Shown: piece by piece, positions 11,001 through 22,197 of the stretch | Layout: every line of letters begins with the position of its first letter | Numbering within the stretch: the stretch's first letter is position 1 | DNA from: Candidatus Latescibacterota bacterium | Lineage (GTDB): Bacteria > Latescibacterota > UBA2968 > GCA-2709665 | DNA: 64,000 bases | Assembly: GCA_965222075.1 (NCBI GenBank) | Contig: OZ244937.1 | Coordinates: 1,728,001-1,792,000 of the forward strand | Direction: 5' to 3' | Notes under the pieces: generated by a model | What the model was told of the DNA's origin: nothing | The model's input: only the letters and a program-made list of their open reading frames with translations | Database searches by the model: none | Translations under genes and position numbers: made by a program

Positions 11001-12120
11001 TTAACGCCGCCACCAGATTCGCCGTATCCACAGCAGTGCCGAAGAGATACGCACGGGCCATCCCCGCGCTCACCGTCCCCTCGGCGGTCAGTGCATCCAG
11101 GCCCCGTCCCTGCAGCCGAATCACCGTGTCAAACCGGGCGTCCAGGCTCCACTGCGGCCCGATCTGCGCCAGATCCACCCCCCGGCCTTCCGCCTGTACA
11201 TCGTAAACAACGCCCTCCCCGGTAAAATCCACCCGTCCGGACACCGCACAGGTGGTTGACCCGTAGTTGAACCTGAAGTCTCCCCTCATCCCGGAGGCGT
11301 CCCCCCACGCCCGACCCTCAACCGCCACGCTCCCCCGGGGGTAGGTCCCCGGAAAGATCCGGGCCATCTCACCAAACGCCAGGGAATCCGCACGCAGGGC
11401 AAAATCGTACTCCGGCCGGGACAGCCCCGTCATCGTACCATCTATCTGCAGATGGGACCCCGGCGTATGCAGGCGTAGCCCCTTAAGCACCAGTTGTCCG
11501 TCCCGCAGCAGGGTCAGCCCGGCCAGATTCCGAATAACCAGTGGGGGGTCAAAGAGCAGAGACCGGAAACGGCGCAGCGCCAGCTCATACCCCTTCGGAC
11601 CGGCCTGAAATCCCACGACCACATTCAGGCTGTCCACCCGGCCTTCGGTGCCCCACAGGTAACCTCCATCCACAACCTCTGCGTGGCCAATATGGATCTT
11701 CCACTCCGGACCCCCTGTCCACCGGTCAGGATCGGCCGCGGCCAAAACCCCTGCGGCCCAATCTGCCCCACCCGTCGCTTCCCGGAAGCGCACCCTGGGG
11801 GCACGAAAACGGAGCGTATCCACAATCACGGCTCCCCACAGCAACCCCAGCAGCCGGTACTGGACATCCAGAGCATCCAGAACCAGCAGCGGTTCCGGCC
11901 CCTCGCCAAGGCGCACCCGGTCCATTCGCAACCCTGCCAGGGGGTTGCCCTGCAGGCTGCCGATCTCCACGGCCATGCCCAGGCGCCGGGAAAGCCGCCC
12001 CTCCGCATAGTCCCGCAGATAGGGGTTCACCCACCCCGATCCCAGCACCAGCAGCCCGATCCCGCCTCCCACGGCCCCCACGGCCAGGAGGAGGACAAGT
12101 ATTTTAACAACAGGTCTCAT
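8086..12120 (-). CDS. tamB: Translocation/assembly module TamB-like protein
   Basis: 1344 aa, N-terminal TM anchor, beta-rich body, C-terminal DUF490-like segment (VGKYF...VEYEL); directly downstream of TamA-like gene. Confidence 0.85.
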   Translation of the reverse strand: MRPVVKILVLLLAVGAVGGGIGLLVLGSGWVNPYLRDYAEGRLSRRLGMAVEIGSLQGNPLAGLRMDRVRLGEGPEPLLVLDALDVQYRLLGLLWGAVIVDTLRFRAPRVRFREATGGADWAAGVLAAADPDRWTGGPEWKIHIGHAEVVDGGYLWGTEGRVDSLNVVVGFQAGPKGYELALRRFRSLLFDPPLVIRNLAGLTLLRDGQLVLKGLRLHTPGSHLQIDGTMTGLSRPEYDFALRADSLAFGEMARIFPGTYPRGSVAVEGRAWGDASGMRGDFRFNYGSTTCAVSGRVDFTGEGVVYDVQAEGRGVDLAQIGPQWSLDARFDTVIRLQGRGLDALTAEGTVSAGMARAYLFGTAVDTANLVAALNGGQVVMDLRAEGEAGGLAANLEVDLRGAAPVYALRARLANLDLSRVSGASGRVTDLTGEVRLRRTGAGMWQGEARFDALNIQGLPPATGLVLRGSSRGGRVRLDSLGVRLPDGYGVVRGKGRMDLGQFWRPGGKQPTYQMGLQLEGLALERLTGDARLGGDVSFQISLAGAGFHPDSMQARADLVVEAPDFLGGELDSARASLVLQGRRVILDRLMLAGALMRFDGRGWATPGDSLDIHVTGQVHDFEALSNLLGLGLSGTPAPFVVRVGGSWEKPLAAVDLLADSLNYQGIPMQRVTFQMRWPALLPGGLSVRVGSLVWGGRVVHDLFLDVGLDGDGISFLLGNSSEDIDRVYLWGRAGPWEGGYYLELDSLAVQVDRMALFNDGPCRVRYSPQEGVHVEQFRLAGAGGGIEARDHSGQPGAVVVWLQDVDLRTWPFLLGLRGEMSGVLTGEITLSGTPDDPQIGAQVELKNGAVAGVRFQDFSGTLAYGNRRAAVDLKLVQSPGREAVLQGYFPLNLSPGGREDLFPEGPVSVLLRADGIDPGFLQAVFSEVRDTGGMLAMDLSVEGTPRRLRLQEGGWIRLQDGVVRIVPLNKTFRKVQAKLSFAEDRIVLEQLEAREGKGRLAFSGEVRLDQHAVEGFGVQDFDIALQAEDFEAINLPELNATLRADLHLRGNPEASRVEGKAGLTRAVLRLSDFIETPTHDFWVTSRFIQNLGCNIRVSASRNVWIRDRDLNIEISGDVDLVKDREGVRIYGALDSRQGRYEFQNTSFNIDRGELQFQGNADINPDLYILGTHRVILVSNEPAVISVIVGGTLLNPQITLESDTTPPLSEADLLSYLIVGRPAEEMSGFLRGEGGGGRSLEGQAAGLVLGVAANQLKRTIGRRLNLDVVEIDLGRENSATRVRVGKYFGSRFFISYAQDISSARGQEVIVEYELLPQVTLEAQQRVGNEQERDRKSLGLFWKMEW

Positions 12121-12159
12121 AAGGAAATGCGATCCAACCCCAAAGCCACCCGCTATGCT

Positions 12160-13986
12160 TCAAAACGCCTGTCCCAGGCTGAAATAAATCCGCCTGTGGG
12201 GCACGAACCGGTCTTCGGAGAGCCGGTATGCAACATCGATCCGCAGGGGGCTGATGGGGCTCAAATAGCGCACCCCGGCGCCTGCGGCCAGCTGCAACTC
12301 GCCCGGTTTGAAGGCCCCGAACCGATCCGATCCGACATTGCCCGCATCCAGGAACACGGCCATCCCCAACACGGGCAGCAGCCGGGTGCGCAGCTCGATG
12401 CTTCCCTCCAGCAGGCTCCGCCCGCCCACCGGATTGCCGGATGCGTCCCGGGGGCTCAGCTGGTTCAGGCGCCATCCCCGCACGCTGTTCGCCCCACCCG
12501 CGAAAAACCGCTCGAAATTGGGGATCGCCTTCGCCGTCCCCAGGCTCAGGATCATCCCTCCCGAAACCCTGAAGGCCAGCACGTTTTTCCGGAATACCTT
12601 CCGGTACCAGCGCCCTTCACCCGTCAGCTTGAGGAAATCCCCAACCCCCGACGCCTTCATCGCAAGCGAAGCCAGCAGTCCCCGCTGGGGATCGAAGAAA
12701 TCGTCCCGGGTATCTTCCATGTAGTCGATCAAAAAATTGGTGCGGGTGCTGTCAACCTTGAAGTCAACCAGTTCGGTCCGCACCTGAAAAACAATTCTGC
12801 CCGTGGCCCTGAACGTCCGTTCCAAAGACACGCTACCCCCTGCCCGCTTCACCCGGATCTCCTCAGGACGTTCCTGCTCTACAAACCCCACCACGTCCAG
12901 CCAGGTCTTGCTCCCAAAAATGTAGGGCTGCCGCAGGCCGATCTTCCCATGGGCTTCCAGGGCCGACGCTTCGGACTCGATGGTCAGCTGCCGTGCGCCC
13001 CCCCCCAGGAAATTCCGGTGCCGCCAGGCCAGCAACCCGCGCACCTGCTCCTCCGTATCGTATCCCGCCCCCAGCTTCAGGCTCCGGGGCGGGCGCTCGC
13101 GCACCAGAACGGCCACGTCCACAGGGCTTGTCTGAGCGGCGGTGTCCGGCAGACTCAGTGAAACCGACCGAAACACCCCCGACCGGTAGAGCTGACGCCG
13201 GCTGTTTAAGAGGTCCCGCTTCCGGTAGGCCTCCCCCTCCCGAAAGGTCAGGCCCCGCCGGATCAGCCCTTTGGAAACCTTCCGGTTGCCCTCGACCCGC
13301 ACCTGTCCGAACCGGCATTTTGGCCCTGGCCTGGCCCGAAACGTCACGTCTGCCCGGCGGGCCTGCCGGGTTACGGGGGCCGCAACCTCGGCAAAGGCGT
13401 AGCCGCTGTCCTGAAGCCGGCCGGCAATGAGGTTCAGATCCGCCTCCCGGCCGACCCGGGTCAGTGGCCGACCCGGTTTGGTGCTCAGCGCCTCCCGGAG
13501 GTGCAGGCTGTCCAACGCGGCACCTGCCGGCAGGTCGGCAGGCAGGCCTTCCAGCCGGACGCTGAAAACCAGCACAGGCTCTCCCTCTTCAATGCGGATC
13601 CGGATGCGCACAAACCCGGGGCGGTACCGGTTGATCACCGTATCTACAACCGCGTCAAAATAGCCCAGGTCTTTGTAACGCGCAACAACCCGCGCAACAT
13701 CGGATCGAAACACGGCCGGATCGAACCGCCGGGGCTTTACACCCGGAAATATCGTGTACCACCGGCTCACCCGGGTATGCATCAGCAGCTTGAGATCTCC
13801 CCTGGAAAGGACACGATTTCCTTCAATCGTAATCGCTTCAACAACAGGAGGCTCGGCCTCCTGCCTGCCTGCCGAGTCGCCTGCCTGCGCCGAGTTCTGC
13901 TCGGCAGGCAGGGCGCAGGCAGGTCCAAAAAGGGTAAAGGGAATACCCAGGAAGACCATGGGAACGAAAATTCTGAGCAGAATCAA
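12160..13986 (-). CDS. tamA: Omp85 family TamA/BamA-like protein
   Basis: POTRA repeats, RFFAGGANSVRGW, C-terminal FSLGQAF. Confidence 0.88.
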   Translation of the reverse strand: MILLRIFVPMVFLGIPFTLFGPACALPAEQNSAQAGDSAGRQEAEPPVVEAITIEGNRVLSRGDLKLLMHTRVSRWYTIFPGVKPRRFDPAVFRSDVARVVARYKDLGYFDAVVDTVINRYRPGFVRIRIRIEEGEPVLVFSVRLEGLPADLPAGAALDSLHLREALSTKPGRPLTRVGREADLNLIAGRLQDSGYAFAEVAAPVTRQARRADVTFRARPGPKCRFGQVRVEGNRKVSKGLIRRGLTFREGEAYRKRDLLNSRRQLYRSGVFRSVSLSLPDTAAQTSPVDVAVLVRERPPRSLKLGAGYDTEEQVRGLLAWRHRNFLGGGARQLTIESEASALEAHGKIGLRQPYIFGSKTWLDVVGFVEQERPEEIRVKRAGGSVSLERTFRATGRIVFQVRTELVDFKVDSTRTNFLIDYMEDTRDDFFDPQRGLLASLAMKASGVGDFLKLTGEGRWYRKVFRKNVLAFRVSGGMILSLGTAKAIPNFERFFAGGANSVRGWRLNQLSPRDASGNPVGGRSLLEGSIELRTRLLPVLGMAVFLDAGNVGSDRFGAFKPGELQLAAGAGVRYLSPISPLRIDVAYRLSEDRFVPHRRIYFSLGQAF

Positions 13987-14202
13987 TGTGCTCCATCCTA
14001 TTCCACCATTTGCAGATCCCGCCCTGCCTGCGTCCCCCGGGTTTGGTGCGAGGGGAAGGGGCTATCTACCGAAAGGTTATTTTCCAAGCATCTTCTCAAA
14101 AAAAAGATACGCTTCTGGCCGGAACGCACAAGGAGTTTTTGTAAAGGTCAAAGATCAAGGGCCCTTTGCCTTTAAAAAAATGCCCCCTTTGCCGAGGTCG
14201 AA

Positions 14203-14425
14203 ATGAACGAATACTTCTCGCCGGATGCGGTTGAGGTGGAAAACGGGATCGCCAAGCTTCCTGACCTTCCCTCTCAAGTCTTCTACTATGTCCGGGACCC
14301 CGAACTGATCATCTTCGAGAGCGAGACACAGACCGCCGGACCGGGTGGTGTTGCGCTGATGACCCGGATGCTGGACTTCGCCCAGCAGCTGAAGGTCGGC
14401 ACCATCTTTACCGGAGCGGCGTTCG
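14203..14425 (+). pseudogene. Internal fragment of a PAC2 (proteasome assembly chaperone-like) family gene
   Basis: EYFSPDAVEVENG...LIIFESETQ...LDFAQQLKVGTIFTGAAF resembles the PAC2 central region; both ends missing. Confidence 0.5.
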
Positions 14426-14494
14426 AGAGGACCAGGAGGGCAGTGTGTAAAACGAGTCCATACGTGATCGGTTTAGGGCCAACTGGCCGTGCCC

Positions 14495-16411
<1,917 letters not shown>

Positions 16412-16506
16412 TGCTGTTCTCCTCTCTTTAATTGCAATCCAAAACCGGTTAAGAGGCTGAGGACAATCCCCCAGCCTCTTTCTCCCGGCGTTTCTGTAAG
16501 GGATGT

Positions 16507-16947
16507 TTATACCGCCTTAATCTCGATCTCCTTCGGCCTGGCCTCTTCCGTCTTGGGCAGGGTCAGCGTTAGCACCCCATCCGTGTAAGCCGCCGAAATC
16601 TTCTCGGCGTCCACAGCCGAAGGCAGCGTAAACGACCGCTTGAAGCTCCCGTAGGTCCGCTCCGTCCAGTGGAAACGCTTCTCATCCTCCTCGGACTCGT
16701 GCCGCTTCTCGCCGTGGACCGTCAGCACGTTCTTGTCCACGTTCACCTTGATCTCTTCCCGACTCAGGCCCGGCAGATCGACCTGGACAACGACTGCCTG
16801 CTCGGTCTCCGACACGTCCATCGACGGGCGCCAGGCGACCGGTCTGCTGTCGCCATTCCCCCACGCGTTTCTGAACCCTTCGAAAAACCGATTAAAATCG
16901 TTGTGAAAACCGAAGAGCGCCTGCGGCTGCCATCTGACCAGTGTCAT
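16507..16947 (-). CDS. Hsp20/alpha-crystallin small heat shock protein
   Basis: [28 protein letters not shown]. Confidence 0.95.
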   Translation of the reverse strand: MTLVRWQPQALFGFHNDFNRFFEGFRNAWGNGDSRPVAWRPSMDVSETEQAVVVQVDLPGLSREEIKVNVDKNVLTVHGEKRHESEEDEKRFHWTERTYGSFKRSFTLPSAVDAEKISAAYTDGVLTLTLPKTEEARPKEIEIKAV

Positions 16948-17043
16948 CGTTCTTCACCTCCGTTAAGATTTTTGAACTGTTGATCTCTGAGATTTCCCGC
17001 AAGAACTGCCAGCCGATTTCTTGCGTCCTCTCCCGATTGATTC

Positions 17044-17060
17044 AGCAAGGCTCGTGCCAA
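17044..17060 (-). promoter_or_regulatory. Sigma54 (-24/-12) promoter of hsp20-dnaK
   Basis: Minus strand reads TTGGCACGAGCCTTGCT, matching TGGCAC-N5-TTGC. Confidence 0.8.
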
Positions 17061-17162
17061 TCTACGGGAGCGGGTGTATATTTTATACATATCCAATTGA
17101 TATAATTACACTTAACAAATATACGGAATCTTATGTTTCCCTGGAATTTTTGAAACAGGTGA

Positions 17163-17215
17163 TGCCATTATGACACGTTACAGCCATTTATGGAAATCTA
17201 ATTGCCATATTGTCA
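17163..17215. promoter_or_regulatory. Three GCCATWWTG-like direct repeats, candidate enhancer (UAS) sites
   Basis: TGCCATTATGACA, AGCCATTTATGGA and TGCCATATTGTCA spaced about 20 bp apart, 100-155 bp upstream of the sigma54 motif. Confidence 0.5.
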
Positions 17216-17253
17216 TAATCCCGGACATAAAAAACAGCACAGGTGCGATGACG

Positions 17254-18060
17254 CTAATACCCGCTCCCCCTCAAATACGCGCACGTACGCCTGCTCCGCG
17301 CCGCCTCACTTAACGGGTCCTCCGCGCCGGGCACAGGCTGTCCGGGGCAGCTGGTGACCCAGCGTGCAAACCCGATCTCCTCCAGCGCCTTCCCGATGCC
17401 CGGAAAATCGATGTCTGTCCCTTCGCCCACGCCGCACCACACGGGCAGGTACTGGCCGTCTTCGTCCCGTGAGGTGGACGTGTAGTCCTGCAGGTGGATA
17501 TAGTTCAGCTGCTCCCGGAAATCCCGGATTGACGCCACCGGGTCGTACCCCCACAGCCGGGCGTGCGAAACGTCGATACACAGTTTAGCCCTGTCGAGCT
17601 GGTCCATATAAAAACGCCAGTCCTCGATCGAGTCAACCAGCGTATTGGTATGGATGTGGTAGCTGATCTCCAGGTCGTACTGCGCCGCATACTCCGCCCA
17701 GGCCTCCGCGCCTTCGGCCGCGGCCTTCAGGTCGTCCTCATTCACCGGCCGGCCCTCCGGCTTGCGCCCGCTCATAAACATAAAGCAGTCCACCTCCATC
17801 TCGGCCGCGTAATCCATCCGCCGCTTATTGCGCTCCACGTGTTCCCAGTCCCGGCTGTCGGGAGAGCCGCTGGCGGTGAACACCACCAGCGGCATGCCCG
17901 TATTCTCGCAAATCCGGCGCAACCGTGCGGGCGGGCCCAGCCAGTCCAAAGGCAGGCGCCCTTCCCAGCCCTCCCAGCCGGCCGCCTTCAGCGCTTCCAG
18001 CGCAGGCTCTAAGTCCGGATGCTTCCACCTCAGGGTACTGTATCCCAGCTTAAAAGCCAT
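17254..18060 (-). CDS. Sugar phosphate isomerase/epimerase (IolE/xylose-isomerase-like TIM barrel)
   Basis: YHIHTNT, CIDVSH, YIHLQD, GEGTDIDF motifs. Confidence 0.85.
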   Translation of the reverse strand: MAFKLGYSTLRWKHPDLEPALEALKAAGWEGWEGRLPLDWLGPPARLRRICENTGMPLVVFTASGSPDSRDWEHVERNKRRMDYAAEMEVDCFMFMSGRKPEGRPVNEDDLKAAAEGAEAWAEYAAQYDLEISYHIHTNTLVDSIEDWRFYMDQLDRAKLCIDVSHARLWGYDPVASIRDFREQLNYIHLQDYTSTSRDEDGQYLPVWCGVGEGTDIDFPGIGKALEEIGFARWVTSCPGQPVPGAEDPLSEAARSRRTCAYLRGSGY

Positions 18061-18171
18061 ATCTTCCTCCTTACTCACGAGCAATACTGTGGGCTTGAAA
18101 ACAGTAAATCGTTAAAATCCAATGATGGCTCAGAGACAGCCGGATGTCAAGGACGATCAGAACCGGCAATC

Positions 18172-18206
18172 AAAAAAGGCCCGGAGAAAATCCCCGGGGC
18201 CTTTTC
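18172..18206. terminator. Intrinsic terminator-like hairpin
   Basis: AAAAAAGGCCCGG...CCGGGGCCTTTT inverted repeat with A/T tracts on both sides. Confidence 0.6.
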
Positions 18207-18229
18207 ATATCTTCACACTGAATCGATCC

Positions 18230-18470
18230 TCATCCTGTCCGCAGATTTCTGTACGCCTCGGTCGCCGACTGGGGGCGCTCGTAGTCGGCCTTCCACTCAC
18301 GTTCTTCAACCGGCATCTTGCCAACCGCGCGGGCCATCTGGCGGATGTGCGCACCCTCGCATCCGCAGCAGCCCCCGATGAAATTCACCCCGAGGTCCAG
18401 CGCCCGCCTGGCAAAGTCGCCCATTTCATAGCGGGTAATCCGGTAGGGATCCAGCTTGTCCGGAAAGCAC
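18230..18470 (-). pseudogene. C-terminal remnant of a homocysteine S-methyltransferase family gene
   Basis: TRYEMGDFARRALDLGVNFIGGCCG..AHIRQMA (GGCC Zn motif); N-terminal part absent. Confidence 0.7.
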
Positions 18471-18550
18471 ACCATCAAATATTACCGTCGATTCCCATAA
18501 AAGTCAATCAAAAATCGACCGTCTCCTTCCTGGTGCGGACCAGAGGCTAT

Positions 18551-18585
18551 TTGCAATATATCTCAAATTGCGATATATTATATAG
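18551..18585 (+). promoter_or_regulatory. higBA promoter with overlapping palindromic operator
   Basis: TTGCAA-17bp-TATATT; inverted repeat AATATATC...GATATATT; ATG 6 nt after the -10 box and no RBS, so possibly leaderless. Confidence 0.6.
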
Positions 18586-18873
18586 ATGCACGTAATCTCA
18601 CGCAAAGCCCTCCGGGTGTTTTGGGCACAGCATCCTGACAGCGAGGAGCCTCTGAGTCGCTGGTTCAAGATCATGCGGCAGACTCAGTTTGGCAATTTCG
18701 CGGCATTGCGCCGCACCTTTCCTTCGGCAGACAAAGTCGGAGAATTCGTCGTGTTCAACATCGCCGGCAACAAGTATCGCCTGATTGTCTCTATTCACCT
18801 CAATCGGGGCAAAGTATATATCCGTCACGTGCTTACCCACCAGGCCTACGACCGTGGAGGATGGACGACATGA
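18586..18873 (+). CDS. higB: Type II toxin HigB
   Basis: MHVISRKAL..FW, FPSADKVG..VFNIAGNKYRLI, VLTHQAYD. Confidence 0.92.
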   Translation: MHVISRKALRVFWAQHPDSEEPLSRWFKIMRQTQFGNFAALRRTFPSADKVGEFVVFNIAGNKYRLIVSIHLNRGKVYIRHVLTHQAYDRGGWTT

Positions 18874-19268
18874 GTATCATTACCCCACAGCTTCAGCGGT
18901 CCTGGACGCAAGTGAGCGCCTTACTCAAGATTCAGGACGAGCAGGAATATGATTTGGCACTAAAGCGTCTCAACAGCCTGATAGATGAAGTGGGCACTGA
19001 TGAGCGGCATCCGCTCTATTCTCTGCTCGATACGCTGGGCACCGTTGTCTATGCTTGGGAGGAACAACATCATCCCATGCGCAAGTTGGAGGGTAGGGAT
19101 TCACTTCGATTCCTCATGGAGGAGCATGAATTGACTCAGTCGGACTTGCCGGAGGTGGGTTCGCAAGGGGTGGTTTCGGAGATTCTGGGTGGGCAACGGG
19201 AGCTGAACATCCGGCAGATACGTGCTTTGTCCAAACGATTCGGCGTCTCACCCTCAGTATTTGTATAG
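18870..19268 (+). CDS. higA: Type II antitoxin HigA (HTH)
   Basis: ATGA overlap with higB; LMEEHELTQSDLPEVGSQGVVSEILGGQRELN HTH. Confidence 0.92.
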   Translation: MSIITPQLQRSWTQVSALLKIQDEQEYDLALKRLNSLIDEVGTDERHPLYSLLDTLGTVVYAWEEQHHPMRKLEGRDSLRFLMEEHELTQSDLPEVGSQGVVSEILGGQRELNIRQIRALSKRFGVSPSVFV

Positions 19269-19293
19269 GCTCAATCTCCGTCGAATGCCCTTT

Positions 19294-19376
19294 GTCTAAC
19301 ACCGTGCCCCCGGCTACGGGCCATGCGGCCCTTCGCCCAACCGCTGCGCGGTTCGGGGACACGGTAAACGCTATAT
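19294..19376 (+). repeat. attC-like integron cassette recombination site 1
   Basis: GTCTAAC (RYYYAAC) start, imperfect stem ACCGTGCCCC/GGGGACACGGT, ends AAAC-GCTATAT (degenerate GTTRRRY). Confidence 0.65.
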
Positions 19377-19394
19377 GGATCAATTGGTGATCGT

Positions 19395-21212
19395 ATGAGT
19401 CGGCTATCTACCGTTGTAAGTCTACTGCCGCGTTTGCTGGCATTTGTTTGGCGAACCAGTCCGTTCCTCACCTCTGTTTCCGTGCTGCTGGCGATCGGTA
19501 ATGCTGCAGTCGTCCCTTCCCAGATTTGGATTACTAAGGTAATAATCGACCAGATAGCCGAAAATGTATCTTCAGCTGCCGAAGACAGCTATTCGCCAAC
19601 CAGCTTTGTTCTACCAGTCGCTGGCGTATTTGGTGTTTGGGTACTCGGCGTAATTGCTCAATCTCTTGCTGTGCATATACGGATGCTTCTTGGCCAACAG
19701 AGTAGCCACCGGGCACGAATGCAGGTGTTTGCCAGGATGGCGGCGTTAGACCCGTCGCTCCTTGAAACTCCCGCTGTTCATGACTCATTCAACAATGCAC
19801 TGGAGGAAACCGGGCGGGCTCACGACACGGCGTACTTTGCGTTCGGTTGGATTTCTGATCTTCTGTCCCTGGTTGCAATCATCGGACTTCTCGCACACAT
19901 ACATCTTGGGGCGGTCGTGGTGCTCATCCTTACTTCTGCCCCTGGAGCAATTGCACAGGCTCGCCTTGCTGCCCATCACTACAACATATTTCGCGGACGA
20001 TCTGAACTACGTCGCCGGATCGAGTACCTTGGAGACCTCTTGTCGAATGCACCAGGGCTCCGTGAACTAAGGCTCTTCGGGCTAATAAAATACCTGTTGG
20101 ATCAGTATCACCGATTATGGAAAGTACAACATGCTGATGCCCGAAACCATCGACTTCGCCTGGCTCGGACCGATTTGCTTTATGGTTTCTTGTCTGTTGT
20201 CGGCACTCTGGCAATTTGGTGTTACGCAATCTTCCGTGGTCTCATAGGCATGATCACCATCGGCGACGTAAGCTTGGCCTTCCAGGCTGCTGAGCAAGGA
20301 CGTTCCCGTTTCAGCAGTGCTTTTCGCAGCGGCGCCCAGGGTTTTGAGCGCCTATTATATGCGTCAAATCTTTTCGAGTTCCTGGATCGGGAATGGGAAG
20401 ATGCTGAAGGAAAACTTCAGTCCCCGGGCACAAAAGGTGTTTCTATTCCGAAGCCCATCCAAAAAGGGATCGAATTTCGTGCCGTATCGTTCCGATATCC
20501 AGGGTCCAATGAGTACGCGCTCCGCAATATCTCCTACCATCTTCCCGCCGGGCATACGACGGCCATCGTCGGTCCTAATGGAGCTGGGAAGACGACACTA
20601 ATCAAGCTATTGGTTCGACTATACGACCCGACCGAGGGAGCGATTCTGGTGGATGGAACAGACCTTCGTGAGGTCGAACCCGAGTCATGGTGGCGCCATG
20701 TGAGTGTCATCTTCCAAGACTTCCAACGGTACAATCTATCTGCACGGGAAAATATCGGATTTGGCGAATTGGAGCGCTTGCATGACGACGACAACCTTAT
20801 GCAAGCAGCACGCCTTGCTGGAGCTGAGACGCTGATACAACAGTTACCGAGGGGACTTGACACGATGTTTGGTCGTATGTTCTCCGACGGTATCGAAATT
20901 TCCGGCGGGGAGTGGCAGCGCATCGCCCTTAGCAGGGCGTTTATTCGGGACGCACAAGTAATTGTATTGGACGAGCCGACGGCATCGCTCGATGCCTTCA
21001 CCGAGCAGGCAATATACGAAGGATTCGCGCGAGCGACTGTCGGCAAAACGGGGTTGCTGATCTCTCACCGATTTTCCACTGTTCGCATGGCGGACAGTAT
21101 TCTCGTTCTGGAGGAGGGACAACTCGTTGAACATGGGAGGCACGAACAACTCGTTTCGGCAAACGGCCTCTATGCCAAGATGTTTACAACTCAAGCAAGT
21201 CAATACAGATAG
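19395..21212 (+). CDS. ABC transporter, fused permease/ATP-binding exporter
   Basis: TM N-terminus, GPNGAGKT, ISGGEWQR, LDEPT, ISHR. Confidence 0.92.
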   Translation: MSRLSTVVSLLPRLLAFVWRTSPFLTSVSVLLAIGNAAVVPSQIWITKVIIDQIAENVSSAAEDSYSPTSFVLPVAGVFGVWVLGVIAQSLAVHIRMLLGQQSSHRARMQVFARMAALDPSLLETPAVHDSFNNALEETGRAHDTAYFAFGWISDLLSLVAIIGLLAHIHLGAVVVLILTSAPGAIAQARLAAHHYNIFRGRSELRRRIEYLGDLLSNAPGLRELRLFGLIKYLLDQYHRLWKVQHADARNHRLRLARTDLLYGFLSVVGTLAIWCYAIFRGLIGMITIGDVSLAFQAAEQGRSRFSSAFRSGAQGFERLLYASNLFEFLDREWEDAEGKLQSPGTKGVSIPKPIQKGIEFRAVSFRYPGSNEYALRNISYHLPAGHTTAIVGPNGAGKTTLIKLLVRLYDPTEGAILVDGTDLREVEPESWWRHVSVIFQDFQRYNLSARENIGFGELERLHDDDNLMQAARLAGAETLIQQLPRGLDTMFGRMFSDGIEISGGEWQRIALSRAFIRDAQVIVLDEPTASLDAFTEQAIYEGFARATVGKTGLLISHRFSTVRMADSILVLEEGQLVEHGRHEQLVSANGLYAKMFTTQASQYR

Positions 21213-21266
21213 CAGGGATTCATCGATCAATTTCGATGTAATCGCAAAGGCAATTTGTCCCCCGTC

Positions 21267-21337
21267 GTTTAACATTGCCTACCCGCTCGGCCCTTTGGGA
21301 TCTGCTGAGCAGGTGGGGTAGCCAAGAGACGTTACCT
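21267..21337 (+). repeat. attC-like site 2
   Basis: GTTTAAC start, stems CTACCC/GGGTAG and GCTCGGC/GCTGAGC, ends GAC-GTTACCT. Confidence 0.55.
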
Positions 21338-21613
21338 GATGGCGCTTGGTTGCCCAAGGTCGGGCATCAGTTCGGGGGAGCCATTTCTTTTTGGACCGAA
21401 GCCGGACTAAATCGCTATTTTGAGTCGGGGTTGTTGCGTTGGCATGCCTCAGTCGTCCGGGAGACACCGACTGTTTTAGGTGCTTCAATCCACGGGCCGG
21501 TTCTGTATTCGGACCCCTACCAAGTAATTTGCCATCCAGACGCGGCCTATATCACGTCAGAAACGGACTGGGCAGTTTTCTTCCAGCAGCGAAGTGAGGA
21601 GCACAACGTCTAA
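21338..21613 (+). pseudogene. Small or truncated cassette ORF of unknown function
   Basis: Open frame whose TAA lies inside the GTCTAAC box of the next attC-like site, as is typical of gene cassettes; no clear start after attC 2. Confidence 0.4.
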
Positions 21614-21629
21614 CGTGGAAACGTTATAC
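21608..21629 (+). repeat. Internally deleted attC-like site 3
   Basis: GTCTAAC-gtggaaac-GTTATAC: both core boxes retained, central stem missing. Confidence 0.55.
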
Positions 21630-21717
21630 GCCAACAGCCGGAGAATCGACAAACACACACAAACCCTTCATCCCGAACCTAATAGATCCTGCAGGTTCGT
21701 GCAATCGTGAGGATGTC

Positions 21718-22059
21718 ATGCTTACGTGGTACCATGGCTCTCAGCAAGAGCTGACAAAACTTCGGGTCGGAAGTTCGATCACACAGAACAGAAAAGTGGC
21801 CGTGTACGTTGGCCATACGCTTGGACGGGCCGAACCGAGAGATCTTCCAGCCATAGTGAAGATGGAACCCGATCTCTTCTACGATCTTGGCACACGACCT
21901 CTCGCTATTGAGGAGGTAGAGCAGCGAGGAGGTATTCTGCAAGAGCGGCAAAGGATTCCGCGCTCTGCTCGATTGACGCCGGTAGGAACGGCCAGCAGGC
22001 TTCTGGAGTTACGGCGACTGCATCCTGAGTTACTCCAGGGCATTGTGGGTGAGTTCTGA
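21718..22059 (+). CDS. Hypothetical cassette protein with N-terminal YHGS motif
   Basis: 113 aa ORF with GAGGA RBS between two attC-like sites. Confidence 0.55.
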   Translation: MLTWYHGSQQELTKLRVGSSITQNRKVAVYVGHTLGRAEPRDLPAIVKMEPDLFYDLGTRPLAIEEVEQRGGILQERQRIPRSARLTPVGTASRLLELRRLHPELLQGIVGEF

Positions 22060-22091
22060 CGGCGCGGCTACCGCCCGCTTGCCGCACAAGC

Positions 22092-22173
22092 ACTTAACAC
22101 CGTGCCCCCCGCTTCGGGCTTGCGCCCTTCGCCCAGCCGGCTGCGCCGGTTGGGGGGCACTGAAACATTAGCC
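22092..22173 (+). repeat. attC-like site 4
   Basis: ACTTAAC-ACCGTGCCCCCC...GGGGGGCAC-TGAAAC-ATTAGCC; clearly similar to site 1. Confidence 0.65.
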
Positions 22174-22197
22174 AGCATTTGCGGAGGAGATTCCGGA

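Noticed and set aside
11494-13161. 555-aa plus-strand ORF
   Set aside because: Antisense to tamB/tamA; Pro/Gln/His-rich shadow composition.
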